Of a stretch of 64,000 bases of DNA, positions 38,160-52,281 are shown one piece after another; within the stretch, counting starts at the first letter, position 1, and each line of letters opens with the position of its first letter. The notes below the pieces were generated by a model. It was given only the letters and a program-made list of their open reading frames with translations. It did no database searches and had not been told where the DNA came from. A program made the translations under genes and the position numbers. This DNA is from Adineta vaga (taxonomy: Eukaryota; Animalia; Rotifera): positions 3,472,001-3,536,000 of the forward strand of contig CP075493.1 of the NCBI GenBank assembly GCA_021613535.1, in the 5' to 3' direction.

Positions 38160-40435
38160 TTATTCACAAAAGGGAATATCTTTCAGAGACGTCAGTAATT
38201 TGAGTACAACACTTTCATTCGATTGTAATATCAATTGATTTATATTCACTTGATTTCCTTCTTTTCCAATGGGAGAATCGTCCGATACATTGATTGATCT
38301 TGCAATAACTTCTCCAAATAAATTTTTATCTTTATATTTAAGTAATGGAATAAAATCCGTAGTGATTGAATCACATCCCTTCTTGTTTTGATTAATAACA
38401 ATTAAATATATATCTGAATTTAACCATCGTATAAACGCATATAATTCTTTGGTGGCTATGACTTTCTTTTGATAACCACCATAGAATGGTGGCTGTTGAC
38501 GAAGTTTAACTAATTGTTGAAATAATTTGAGATGAGATCGTTCTGCTCTTTGTTGTTCTTCAACATTCAACTCTGACCATGTATCAGATAAAGGAAGATA
38601 TGGTTTCACTGTGCCGGAAGTGAAACCACCATGAGACGATTGACTTGTCCATTGCATCGGTGTTCGTTGACAATCACGTGTTCTCTGTTCCATAAGTTTA
38701 TCACCAAAATTAAATGCTGTAATATCAAGAACTTCTTCAGGATGTGCAAGTGTAAATGAACGATCAAACATACCTAAAATTGAAAGTTAATCTCAATTGA
38801 ATTTATATGTTTCCTTCTGTGACATACCAATTTCATCTCCATAATATATTAATGCTGTACCTGATTGTAATAGAAGTAACATATAGAATCCATCGATTAG
38901 TTCTTGCGATGATAATCGTGAAGTAATTCTTCGACTATCATGACTACCTAAACACCAATTGGACCAAGCATGTTCAGGTAAATGTGACTGCCAATTTGTC
39001 AATTGTTTATCTAATTCTAATCCATGTTTTTCTTCATCATTTTTATCAAGATAATATGTAATTAAGAAATTAATTGAGACATCGGAACCACGTTCTTCAC
39101 GGTTAGCAGCGTAATAATTCATTACTTTCTTCACATCAGGATGATAAGCCTATATAATCAAAGAAATGAAGTTTCGTTTTTCATTCATTGAATCAATTCA
39201 TCTCTTCTACCTCAGTAATAAAAAGAAGGTAATCACGATTATTTTCATATGCATAATTATCAAGAAATTTTCTCCATTGTCGTACAAGTTCATAACTTCC
39301 TGGTTGATCACTTGATTCTATATGATCATAAGCATCATACATAACATTTGAATCCATATCTTTTGCATTTTTTGACAAAGGTTCATCACGATAATCATCA
39401 TTTTCAATCAGATGTCGAACAGCATCGGCACGAAATCCATCGACACCAAGATCTAACCAAAAACGCAGAATTTTCTTCATTTCTTCTTTTACTTTTTCAT
39501 TTTGAAAATTTAAATCAGGTTGACAATCAAGAAACTGATGTAAATAATACATATTTCTTTCCGAAGAATATGTCCACATGCGTTGACCAGATGCACCAAG
39601 CCAATTTGTTGGTAAATCTTGTCCATTATTTCTACCTTTATGCCATATATAATAATCAATATAATTTGGATCATTACGAAGAGCAGCTTGAAACCAAGGA
39701 TGTTCTTTGGAAGTATGATTAGGAACGAAATCAAGAATCAAACGCATTTGTCGAGAATGAATATCTTGCATTAATTCACGAAAATCATTCAATGTACCAA
39801 AACGAGGATCGATATCACAAAAATTTGAAATATCATATCCATAATCTTTCCATGGTGAAGGATAAATTGGTGTTAACCAAATTGTTCGAACGCCTAATGA
39901 TTGAATATAATCTAAACGTTGACGTAATCCTTGAATATCACCAACACCATCTTTATTCGAATCTTGATAAGAAGCAAGAAGAATTTCATAGATGACATTA
40001 CGCATCCACCAATCTTGACAATCATCATAATCTTGATAGAATTCACATAATTCAAGTACAAATGCTTGTCCATGAGTGGATAATACATTCGTTAAATTTA
40101 CACTTTTCTTCGATTGTTCTGAAGATGCAACAATTTTACCTTTACCATATGTATTTAATAATCCATAGAAATTATATCGTCGTAATTCATGATCAGATTC
40201 AGATCGTTTATCAATAAAGATAAGATATGCTTTAGTAGAATTGAAACGAAAGAAACTAAATAAATGATTTGTAATAATGGCTGGTTTGTATTCACCAATT
40301 GAATATTGAGCAAGAGAGTCATCGAGTCCGATTCTTAAGTTCATCGAGTGAAATAATACCTTTGACATGATCCGAATGAAGATGTGTCGATGGAGCAAGT
40401 AGAAAAAATGATTCTCGACGAAATGAATATGACAT
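38160..40435 (-). CDS. GH13 alpha-glucosidase/maltase-like enzyme (exons ~40435-39211, 39149-38828, 38773-38160); frameshift near 40320 or a downstream start
   Basis: 'WWMRNVIYEI..SYQDSNKDGVGD', 'GYDISNF', 'DFVPNH', catalytic 'DGFRADAV', 'ITE|AY', 'GSHD', 'RTPMQW'. Confidence 0.88.
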
Positions 40436-41164
40436 TATTTCTATTGAGAATGAGAAATTGTTTGTAAATGAATATTCTGATATAATTCCTAGCTGAATAA
40501 ATAACAGTTGTTGATCAAGACATGCAATCGTTGCTCTCATAAGAGACTAAAATCTAGGGGTCGCTGAAGAACAGACTTGTTTTTCATAAAGAACGTTATG
40601 TCTTCATCAAAATGATGACGAGTATTGTATAGATCATTGTACAATAATATGAATAATTCTGACCTGGAAAAAATTCATTCTATTCATTTAATGTAAAACT
40701 TTCATGGGGAATAGTTTGAAATGACATTCAAGTTCATTTCAACGAAATTCGTAAGAAAAAGAAACATAACTTCCAAATATTACCTTTCGATTTACATACA
40801 ATTCTTTCCTATAATTTATTTCAAGGTAACACATGCGTGTCGTATAATAATGTGCAATCGATCAATGATTTTTACCTCATACCATAGGAATGAGCGACTC
40901 TCGCACTTCAATGATTGTATTACAAGGAACAACGAATTTTCTTCAGTATTCAATTGATATTATTGAACAAATATGTCTATTTCATAGCAGTAGTTTTGAT
41001 TATGATACATGAAAACGATTTTTGTGAGTAAATCTTCAAAAATCTGCTGTTGAATGAACTCTAGCGACCTCTTTTTTATTACGAGTTTATTCGCACTTCT
41101 CTCCTACTATATATATAATATTTACTCAAACACTCGAAAATTTTTTTCGTTCGGTCTATAAAAA

Positions 41165-41772
41165 ATGCGTGTGTCATCAATCGGTAAAGGCCTTCGACAA
41201 ATTCCAACAGCAAGATCTCGTCTATGTGAACATCTATCCGTTGATGATAACGATATATTAACTTCATGTCGTCAACGAATGTATGTTACTTGTCCACATT
41301 GTCAACGTTCATTATGTTTACATCATATCAATGAACATCAATTAATGATTCGAAATAGTTTTGATTCATTAGTCGATCGATTAAATGAATATCAATATGA
41401 TTTAACGATAAAACTTTCAATTCCAGCAACGAGTCGTGCAATGGTTGATGATTGTCTCAATGAATATAAGAATATTATCGTTCCATATGTACAACGAACA
41501 TGCTGTCAAAATGATGTCAAACAAGATGATGTTGATCGAATTCAAATTTTTATTAATAGAATGTCATCCGTCATAAGACTTATTGAATCTTATTGGGATA
41601 ATGTTAACAACAATAGTAAACGTTTGAAAACATCTGATGTAAGTTTATAATGTCTTATTTTGAAGAGAAGTTTTCAGTTATTAAAATCAATAATCTTTTT
41701 TTGTTATTTTAGGATCCGGAGAATCCAGATAATTCCTTATCATCTTCAAAGCGTACTCGAATAGATAGATAG
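41165..41772 (+). CDS. B-box-like zinc finger plus coiled-coil protein (exons 41165-41638, 41713-41772)
   Basis: 'CPHCQRSLCLHHINEH' followed by a helical segment; phase-0 intron. Confidence 0.7.
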
Positions 41773-41875
41773 GATTATGTTTTTTTTGTTTCTAGTCTGG
41801 AAAACTAATTGTTCTTTTTTATAATACGAAAAATCTGCATATGTTTTGTATTTGATATTTTCTAGATCGAAGAAA

Positions 41876-42713
41876 ATGCAACGAGGATTTATAGTTTGTA
41901 TCATATGGGAAGTTTTATCATTTACCGCTTTTGTATTGAATTTAACAGCAAACAGTAGTGATCGATGGTGGGTTCATGCAAAAGATGGTGGTGAAAAAAC
42001 ATTCGTTCGTGCTGGTCTTTGGCAAGTTTGTTTTAATATGTATCGACATCGATTTGATTATTATGGAAAGATTTACCATGGTTGTTGGTGGTAATGATTA
42101 TCTTTTTTAAAAAGGAAAACAAAAAGAAACAATGAAATTTTTCTCTGTAGGTTATTTTCTCCCGAAATTCGTTTGTTACGTTCATGGATTTCGAATAACT
42201 GGTTACGTTGGGTTCAAACATTGTCGACCTTATCATTAATAACAGCATTCTTTGCTGTTATTGCAGCTCTTCTTATTTTACGTGATCGAAATAATTTCAA
42301 ATCAACAAAGCAAGTTTTAACAGTAGCAGTTTTACATGGTGTTGCTGGACTACTAATGTTTGCAACAGTTATTCTTTTTGGAATCAAAGGTAAACGACGT
42401 GATTGGATGATGAATTGGCAATTTAATTGGTTTGGATGGAGTTATCATCTTGCTGTTATTGCTTGTATCATTCATCTATTAACAGCTTTGGTAGCTGGTT
42501 ATCAAGGAATGAATAAGTATGAAAGATTTATTTGATATTTTTTCTTTGATTGTCTTCGATATCGATTACTTTAGATATTTGCATGATACATATGATTATG
42601 AAAAAGTTCAACAAGAAATTGAAGAACGTTCAAAATTAACACGTTCACATTTACGTAATCGTGCATCACCAACGGAACGTATCAGTGAAGCTGAACGACA
42701 TCAATTTCTCTAA
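41876..42713 (+). CDS. Claudin/PMP22-family tetraspan protein (exons 41876-42090, 42151-42516, 42575-42713)
   Basis: W..GLWQVC..C signature, four TM segments, 'FGWSYHLA'. Confidence 0.85.
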
Positions 42714-42888
42714 TACATATACATTTCTCTCTTTTTTTTCTCTTCCTATATTTGTATAGATCTGTTATTTACGCTTCTTTTGATTTTTATACACATTTAT
42801 ATATATATATATTTCAATTTTTTTTACAAATATTTTTCGTTTTTGATAAATAATTTAGTTTTACTCACATGTGATTCTCTTTTTAGAT

Positions 42889-43922
42889 ATGTGGTTCTAT
42901 ATTAGTATTCTTGTTCTGATTTTAATTCTATTTATCTTAGCTTATGTTCTTCGTCCAGTCTATCGACCTAATTGTTTGCTCAATCTTCGTGATGTTCATG
43001 TAACCGGTGGTTCAAGTGGAATTGGAAAAGAATTAGCTAAACAACTATTAAATGAACATCATGCACGTGTAACAATTTTAGCACGAAATCAAAAACGTTT
43101 GGATGAATGTCAACAAGATTTAGCTCCAGATAATAATAATGGACGATTATTATGTCTTTCAGTTGATATTAGTGGAAAATATTCAGATGTACAAAAAGCA
43201 ATTGAACAAGCTTGTCAACATCATGGAAATCGACCTGTTAGCATTCTAATTAATAATGCAGGTGTTTTCTTTGCAAGATCGTTTGATGAAACAAAACCGG
43301 ATGAATTTGAACAAATGAGTAAGAATGAAATTATTCTGAAAAAAAAACAAAACAAATGGATTTCATTTTTCTAGTTCGTATCAATTATTTGGGAGCCGTT
43401 TATTGTACAAAAGCATGTATTCCATCAATGCGTCAACATGGTTCTGGTCGTATTGTTCTTGTTTCTTCACAAGCTGGTCAACTTGGTATATATGGTTATA
43501 CATCGTATTGTGCAACAAAATTTGCTTTAAAAGGTTTTGCTGAATCTTTACAAATGGAATTAGCACGTGATAATATTTATGTGACTATTGCTTATCCACC
43601 AGACACAGATACACCGGGCTTAGCTGAAGAAAACAAATCAAAACCAATTGAAACACAATTAATTAATGAAACATCAGGAATGCTTTCAGCAGAAGATGTA
43701 GCACGAAAAATTATTATATCAACTCAAAAAGGTTCATTTTCTTGTTGGTTTGGTATCAATGGATTTTTATTAGAAAGTTTAACAAGTGGTGCACAACCAA
43801 TAACAAGTACATTGGAACTCATCGCTCAATGTTTTACTCTTGGTTTAGCACGAATGATTATTGTCGGATTATTGAATACATTTTATGGAATTTGTAAAAG
43901 CAAAAAATTGAAAATGAACTAA
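42889..43922 (+). CDS. KDSR: 3-ketodihydrosphingosine reductase (intron 43319-43374)
   Basis: N-terminal TM, 'VTGGSSGIG', 'NNAG', 'VSSQAGQLGIYGYTSYCATKFALKG', 'PPDTDTPGLAEENKSKP'. Confidence 0.93.
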
Positions 43923-44675
43923 ATAGATCTATGAACTTTTATTGTTTTCAATGCATTTGAAGATCAAATTACAAACTAATCAGTGATATCATATACGTTC
44001 TACAAAAAGATATGTATTGGATTGCTTTAAGTTCTTTTTTCGTTTAGTTATGAATGTCATTTTCGGTGAATTTGTTCTACACTTGATTTAATCGCAAGAG
44101 ATAAATAAATGATGACAAATCGTTGAAAATTTTTATCCTTGAATTGATATGAAATCACGATTGACTTTCGAAAGAAATTCAGTGTTATTTGAAATGACAT
44201 TTCAAGCAATGAAACACTAAAGAAATGCATTATAGCACCCTCTGTCGAAGTTTACACCAATTCGTCTTTCGATTCTGTAAGAAGTTAGTTTTTTGTAATA
44301 ACGTTAACAAAACAACGTACGACATCATTCAAATTAGATGAGATGAGAACACTATTTACATGATGAAAAAATTGTTCTAGTATAATCTTATATTTCTCCT
44401 TGCATCGATGTGACTTAATTCAGTTATTTCGTTTCAATGTGATTGTAACATAGATATAAGTTCAGATTTTTATTGCAAGCCATTTTTTCAAATAGTTTAT
44501 AACCCATGACGTAATAATCATTTTTAAACTTTTCATTATTCACTGATATAAAGGAAAATTGAAAGGTAAATATAAGATAAATTCTTGATCAATTAAACGG
44601 CATCATATTTCCTTGCTTTTTTTTAAAGATTATTATATTAAAACGATTCTATCTATTTCTTTAAGATTATCGATA

Positions 44676-46215
44676 ATGTCATCTACTGATATTGAAATTC
44701 AACGTGATGAACTCGATGCTCTTGCAAGTATTCTTGATGAAACTGCCTTAGAAATAGATAAAGACGTAAAAACAACAAGCGGTACTATAGGCGTAGAAGT
44801 AACGTTACCTGATGAATTTTATATTGAATATCATACAAGTAAAATACTAATAAATACTTTTCTTTCTTCTTCATTTTGAAAATTATAAACTAGATCAACG
44901 TCGTCGTGTTCAATATTTACCACCCATATTTCTTCGATTTACTTTACCAAATGATTATCCTTCAGTATCACCACCTTCCTATCAATTAGAATGCATTTGG
45001 ATGACTGACGAACAGGTAGAAAAGATTGACAATTCTTTTTAGACATGTATGACATTCTTTTGTTGTATTCATTAGTTACAAGTGGTAAAAGAAAATTTAA
45101 ATAATCTGTGGTTAGATAATAGTAATGATCCGATATTGTTTCTTTGGTACACATCATTGAATGCTCAAACACTTGATTGGCTCAATCTCAATACAACACT
45201 TGATTTAACTCAATCATTTTCATCTACAATAAGTACATCTGTGAAACCTCGATTAACATCTACTCAAGTTGCAGCTACAATTAGTAATTATGAACGTGAA
45301 AGAAAATTAATTCTTCTTTCACGTACAATTACTACCTGTCCTGTCTGTATAGATGAAGTTTATGGTACTGATTGTTTTTCATGTTATGCTTGCTCAGGTG
45401 TTGCATGTAAATCATGTATTAAATCTTTTCTGGAAACAATTATCAACGATGGACAAGTTAAATCAATAACATGTCCAATTGATGCATCATGTAAAATTGA
45501 ACTTACACCTGCACAAATAGCATCAGTTGTTGATAAAGAAACGTTTCATCGTTATGATCGTCTTCTTTTTCAATTAACTATTGATTCTATGGATGATATT
45601 ATCTATTGTCCACGTTGTCAAAATCCTGTCATTATTACACAAGGAACGGATGATATTTTGAGAAATACATTAGGTGAATGTGCTACATGTTCATTTGTAT
45701 TTTGTACATTATGTGGAAAAACTTTTCATGGAGTTAATCCATGTCAATATTCAGAGAGTATATATCAATCTTTTTCGAAACATACGAAACAATATGAATT
45801 CTTTTGTTCTCTCTTAGGTAAATTGAAAGATATTTATAAGGAATATTTGAATGGTACTCCACAAGAACGACACTTACTGGAACAACGATATGGTAAAGTT
45901 TTTAATCGTATGATGGATGATATGGCTTCGATGGAAACAATTCAAAGTACTGCGCGGCGTTGTCCACATTGTTCAATTTTTGTTGATGTATGTATCGATA
46001 ATTGAAATTCTTTCTTCATCAATGAAATTTTCGATTCCTTATTTATTTAGAAATTGGAAGGTTGTAATAAAATGACATGCGTTAAATGTCATTCTTATTT
46101 TTGTTGGACATGTTTACAAGTATTATCTAAAACAAATCCATACGGTCATTTTAATGAACCGAGTAGTAAATGTTTTAATAAATTATTCGAAGGTGTCGAT
46201 GGACAGAATTGGTGA
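44676..46215 (+). CDS. RNF14: RNF14-like RWD-RBR E3 ubiquitin ligase (6 exons)
   Basis: RWD 'QRDELDALASI..YLPPIFLRFTLPNDYPSVSPPSYQLECIW', RING1, IBR 'YCPRCQNP..FCTLCGKTFHG', RING2 'KLEGCNKMTC..FCWTC..NPYGHF'. Confidence 0.9.
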
Positions 46216-46562
46216 CGACGAAAAGAAAATTTTTATTATCATTTTCCGAAGAAGTTTATTTTTATGGACATCTCCATTTCGATGGAAGATCAGAAGATAT
46301 CAATTGAAATGAAGATTTATTTTTTGTATTATTTTTTTAATAATATGATAAGAATCCATAACAATAGGGAAATTAAATTTCGAAGAATCGTATTATTGTT
46401 CACTTGTTCGAAACAACGATCGAGAATGTTATGCATTGAATGAATTCAAATCAGATAGATATAAAAGAAATTATTTACACTACGAAAAATTTCAATTTTA
46501 ATATAGATAAAATAGAAATAAGTTTCTTTTCCAGAAAAAGAAAAGAGTTTGAAAGATCGTTT

Positions 46563-48923
46563 TTATTTCTTTCCTTTGGGTTTCTTCATACGTTTGGTTT
46601 TTAATCCAATTAAATCTTCACCAATCATCTTGATACGTTCACGTGATTGACATTCCGGATTATCTTCACCCGCATTGTCATCATCTAAAAGATCGTATAT
46701 ATATATACAAACTTTATTATCATTTAAAAAACAAAAGCATATTCTTACCGCCATAAATATTTCCTTTAACAGTTGATGGTGGATTGATACGCGTGTTATA
46801 GGCAGGTAGTTTACCATCACCCGCATATTGAAGCTGAAGTGAAAGAAAAGATATTTCTAAGATTTTATTCATATTTTGTGAATACTTACATCTAATTGTT
46901 TCATTTCTTTCAATGTTCCTTCCAAATCTTTCGCTTCAAGTTCTTCTAAAAGTTTAACAAGTTTTTCTTCTGTTGTACCAAGTAAATCCAGAACATAATC
47001 ATTTGATTGTGGAGATATGACAGTTGTTGGTACTTGACTCTTTGTCTACATAAAGAAATAAAAAATGTTAAATCAAATGATTCTCTCCTTTATTTTCTTG
47101 TCTGAGAAAACATACGCCTTTCAAATGATGTAATTTATCCGCTAAATGTTCAATGCCAGATTTCACTTCAATCATTTTCTTCATTGTCTTTTCCATTTTA
47201 ATTGAATTATCATCACGTCGTTTTTCACTTTCATCAAGTTTTTCTTGTGCTTGTTCAAGTATACGTTGACCACTAAAATTAAGTTCGTTCAATCAATTAT
47301 TGTTCATCATGTACAAAACAACACTACTAATATCTATTATACTTACGTGGATGTTTTTGCTTCACCACTATATTTCATTTCTTCAAATTCTTTATTTAAA
47401 CGAGCTTTTTCATCCCGTAGTTTAGCGACATTTTGTTCTGCATCTTCTTTCATTTTTTCTAAATGTTCGGTTGTACCATCTTGAGAAGAGAATCGATCGA
47501 CAACTTCCTAGAAAAATTATTTCTCTTTAAATTCGAATTCAAAACTTCATTTTCTTCAAACTAACTTGCATAGAACTGGCACCTGTAGCTTCTTTAATAC
47601 GAATAAAAGCATTTTCATACATATCAACTTTTGATTGATCTTGTTCAGATAATTTATCTTTGCTATCTTCTTGTGGACTTGTTGGACGTTGTAAGGCACG
47701 ACGATCAATACGTTCAGCATGTAATTTCTTTTCTTCTGCTTCAGCTTTCAATTCATTCAAACGAAGTTCACGATCTTTTCGTTCTCGATAGACTTTATCT
47801 TCGCTTTTTTTCAATTCATTTTTCGCATTCTTTTGTGCTAATTCAGCTTCGAGAGAACTTCGTTGTGCATCTTGTAATTCTTGTTGTGTACGACGAATTT
47901 GTAAAGATACAGCATCAAGACGATTAGCATAGGTTAAACTTTCTTGTATTAAATGAGCTTTTATTTGATTGTAGGTTCGTTGAATTGTAACAGCTTCTGT
48001 ACATTTCAATTCAGCTTTATCCAAACGATTTTCCAATTGACGAAGACGCTAAATAGAAACGAACTTATTATCATTGATCGCTTCAATTCGTTCGAAATAT
48101 ACGAAGTCAATAGTAGAAACAATTGATTAGAATTTCACTAAGAATGGAAACAAATTCTCATAAAAATTTACTACCGATCATGTGGCCGAAACGACACATT
48201 CATACATTTTATTGTCGAACAATAGTTCAATCAGTTTCTCGTTCATCGCTCTTCTCACTACACTATCAAGAATACATACAGCTGCTGTTTCTGATTCACC
48301 AGCATCCGTTAATACAGCTTCTTCCGCATCTTTAACCATTGATTCATAACGTGTTTGTAGTTCTTGAAGTTGTTTTCGTTTTGATTCATTGGTATGTCGA
48401 TGAGCATTGTATCGATTCTTTAAATCACCTAGTTGTTGATTTGTTAATTCAATAGCTGCCTAAATAGGTCACAACAATTTTTGCTATCAAATCCAAAATC
48501 TAATCTCAAACTTACTTGTCCTGATTTATTTTTTAGTGCAGCTCGTTCTTCTTTTCGACCACTAAATGCTTCATTCAATACTTTCTCATCACCCTATATC
48601 ATTGGAAGAATCAATTTTTGTCTCATGACAATTCAGTATGAAGAACTTACTTCGAGTAATTCTTTTAGTTTTTGTCGTTTTTCTTTATTATCTTTTTGCA
48701 ATTGAGCGATTTTTCGTTTATTTTTATCGGTTTGTAAATCGACCTGTTCAGTATATGCTTCTTGACTACCAGCTAAATATCCGAAAAACATATGAAACTT
48801 TTAGGATATCACTTGCACAAGAAACATACCTAAGAGTTCACGTTTTTTTCGAACCTCTTCGATCTGCTCAGATGTGGATAATTTATATTGATACTGTTCA
48901 TTAGCTCGAGCACCTGACGGCAT
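46563..48923 (-). CDS. CCDC151: Outer dynein arm docking complex subunit ODAD3/CCDC151-like coiled-coil protein
   Basis: 'LRQLENRLDKAELKCTEAVTIQRTYNQIKAHLIQESLTYANRLD', 'FIRIKEATG', 'VKSGIEHLADKL'; upstream X-box. Confidence 0.8.
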
Positions 48924-49041
48924 GATGAAAATCTAATGTTCAATACTTGGTTCCGACAGAAGATGATGAAGAAGAAGAAAAAACTGTTTCTCTAATGTAT
49001 GTGTATGGTTATTTTTTGTTTTACAACCATGAGAAATTGAA

Positions 49042-49054
49042 GTTACTTAGCAAC
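49042..49054. promoter_or_regulatory. RFX X-box upstream of CCDC151
   Basis: GTTACTTAGCAAC about 120 nt upstream of the ATG of a motile-cilium gene. Confidence 0.65.
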
Positions 49055-49662
49055 GAATTTTTTTTGATCTGCCTAGAAATCATAATGAAATGAAATCAAT
49101 TCGATCATGTTCTTTTTCCGTAAGATTATATCATCTATAAGATGGTAATTATAATGAATTCATCTTTGCAAAAATGAAAGCGACCTCTTGCGATCGGACG
49201 CAATTGTCATAGATGAATCATGCATGTAGGAGTGATCTATTTTTACGCAATACTAGTGTGATTGTGAAATAACAGCACATGATTGAGTAAATATAAGTCA
49301 TCAAGCTTATATGAAGAATAAAAACTCGTTGTACATTCGGTATTTGTAGACGTTCAATAGTTAACGGGGTTGACCTGTCTTTCAGCAAGTTGTGATCATA
49401 TGTGCAATGCATCAATTTAGTTTTATTGATGAAATTTATACAGATAGTAAGAATATTCGTTCTAGTAGCACAAGTAAACAGTTCAGACGCTTAACTGGAT
49501 TGGAAAGTGTATATTACAAAAAGACATATGAAGTAACGAAAACGTAGGTTACCTAGAAATAATCTTGTTTTAATTCATATGAATAATACGCTTCTACCTT
49601 TTTTCAGCGGCCATCAAATACAAAATATCCATCAATTAAATGATGGTGGTTTACATCACATA

Positions 49663-52281
49663 ATGCCAAATTTAAAATATTCATTGAATAAGAGAAAACG
49701 TTGGCTATTACCAGACATTATCGAGCAACGTATTCTTGAAACTAATCCACTTAATAAAACTGCGACATCGATTATTGATGAACGTTTAAAAATCGTTATG
49801 TACGAAAATGAAAACATTCGCCATACTTCAAATTGTATACGATATGCAAATAGTCAAGCTGTACCACAAATTATATATAAAAATGGTCGAAGATTCAATT
49901 CAAATACATTAAGTAGTTGGATTGATTTTAATACACGTGAACGATGGGGTCGACGTCGACGCCATCGTCGATCTGATCGTACTGATCGAGTAAATCAACC
50001 TAATTTTGGTATTACTCAACGACCAGGCTTTTTCCCTAGTGAAGTTACATATAAGTTTTCATATCCAAAACGTCTTCCAGAATCAGCTAAATGTAAAACA
50101 GGAAAATCAACATTATTTTATAAAGATACTGAACATCTTCATCAAGAACTTCGTAGAGGATATGGATCAGATATAACTAAACATCGACGAAGAATGCAAA
50201 AACAAGATTGTAAGAATTACGATCCTTATAAATATACTTATAGTTTTGATGAAGAAGATTTTGATGATAATGAAATGATAATGTTAGCATCGAATCAATT
50301 AGATGAAAATGAAAAATGGTCAATTGTATTTGAAGATTCAGGTAAATTGAAACGATTGATTATTTATGAAGAAACTTATAAGAAATCCATTCTAGATGAG
50401 CAATATACAGGTTCAATCGATTTTCCAATAGATTATTTCATTCCAATTCCTTGTAAATCTCCTCGTCGTTCAAATGATACTTTCATTGATGAAATCAATG
50501 ATTCTAAAGCACACAAATATTTCGAACCTCCCCCAACTCCTCCTTCTCCTTCTCCTTCAAAAGAGAAATCATCTATTGCTAATGAAACCTTATTGTGTTC
50601 AATGTCATGTCTAAATGAATCTGATTTTCTTACTCAAATGCAACAATCAACTAAAAATATTTCTCAAGCAAATCTTTCACCAGCAATATTTCTTCAACGA
50701 ACATCTTCGTCATCTTTTTCTGTCATTTATACTTATGATCGAACATCATCTACAATCAATGTCACAGTGAAATATACTGATGTTTGTCCAAAAATTTTAT
50801 TCGATCAAAAGACAATAACTTTGGCAGAATTAACTGAGCTTGTATCACGAAAATTAGATGAATATTCAATCGAAATAGACAAGAAATCAATATCCAATAA
50901 TTCTCAAATTCATGTTGATGATCTTCGTGGTTCATTACCATTACCAATGCATATTCTACGACGAATGCTTTTAGTTCAACCTCATTCCACAGATAAACAA
51001 AAAGCATTACAAAATGAACATATAAATACTAATCAAAAACAGACAACTATACAATGGTTTGATACATTACATAATGAATACGACATGTTAGAATGTTCGA
51101 TCTGTTGTGATGTATTAACAGCTAACGATGCTTGTCAACTTCTTCCTTGTATGTATTCTTTGTTCATGAAAATGAAACAAACGAATTATTTCTATTTTGT
51201 TTTTATTTGATGAACATAGGTAATCATATACTTTGTCAAACATGTTTAGCAACATATGTTCGAACAAGTATCGCTTCAGCAACATACTCATCATCGAGCA
51301 CATCTCCACTAACTTGTTTTCAACCAAATTGTACAACTCAATTGAATTCATGTCTTCTTCAAGCGTTTCTTTCTTTTGAAATCTATCATTTATATATTGA
51401 TGCTTTGATTGATCGTCAATTGTTTTCTTCGGGAAAATATCGTAAATGTCCATCACGTGCATGTTCAAATTTACTCATTGTTGACGAAATTAACAATCAA
51501 ACATCGATGTGTTCATGTGGACAACGTGTTTGTTTGAAATGTTTCGACGAATATCATTTTCCAGCTACTTGTCGACAATATAAAACATACGTTGAAACTT
51601 TACGTAAAAGTGGAGATGATATTTTAAGTTCATCAAAAACTGGAGATAATTCTGATTGTTATATTGCTGAAGGAAAAAATTGTCCGAATTGTGGAGAATT
51701 CGTAGAAAAGAATGGAGGTATGTTTTGAATTTTAATCTCTAAAACATTCTGAAGATGAAATATTTTCTCTTCATTTATTAGGTTGTCCTCATATGACATG
51801 TAAATGTGGTAATGAATATTGTTGGATGTGTTTAAAACCATGGATATCACATAATTCTGCAATTTGTAATAATGTTACTGAAACAACTCATGAACTTCGT
51901 TCATCAACACGTAATCGTTTACATAATAAGGCAGTCAATCATCGTCGTCAACGTAATCAATATGCATTTGATCAACTATCAACATTAATTCAACGATCAA
52001 CATTGTGTTCACCATATTATGACATTCTTATTTCAACTTATATTGATTTGAATACATTAGCTGAATATATATATGTTTTACTTCAACGACGACGTATCGA
52101 TGTTTATATTCGTGCAGTTTTAGGTCAAACAGCGAAGCGTTTAGCATTAGATGCATCTCAAATAAAATTACAAGTCGAAAATCGAAACATAAGAATTGAT
52201 CTTATTGAAAAAATACGATGTCGACTTGAACGAACAAATATTAATCTATTACACATGAAAAATACCAAAGTGTTAATATAA
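49663..52281 (+). CDS. RBR (Ariadne-like) E3 ubiquitin ligase with a long novel N-terminus (exons ~49663-51148, 51221-51717, 51783-52281)
   Basis: RING1 'CSICC..LPC|NHILCQTC..CFQPNC', IBR 'CPSRAC..CSCG..CLKC..HFPATC', RING2 'CPNCGEFVEKNG|GCPHMTCKCGNEYCWMC'; start is 49663 (after an acceptor at 49607) or 49579. Confidence 0.85.
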
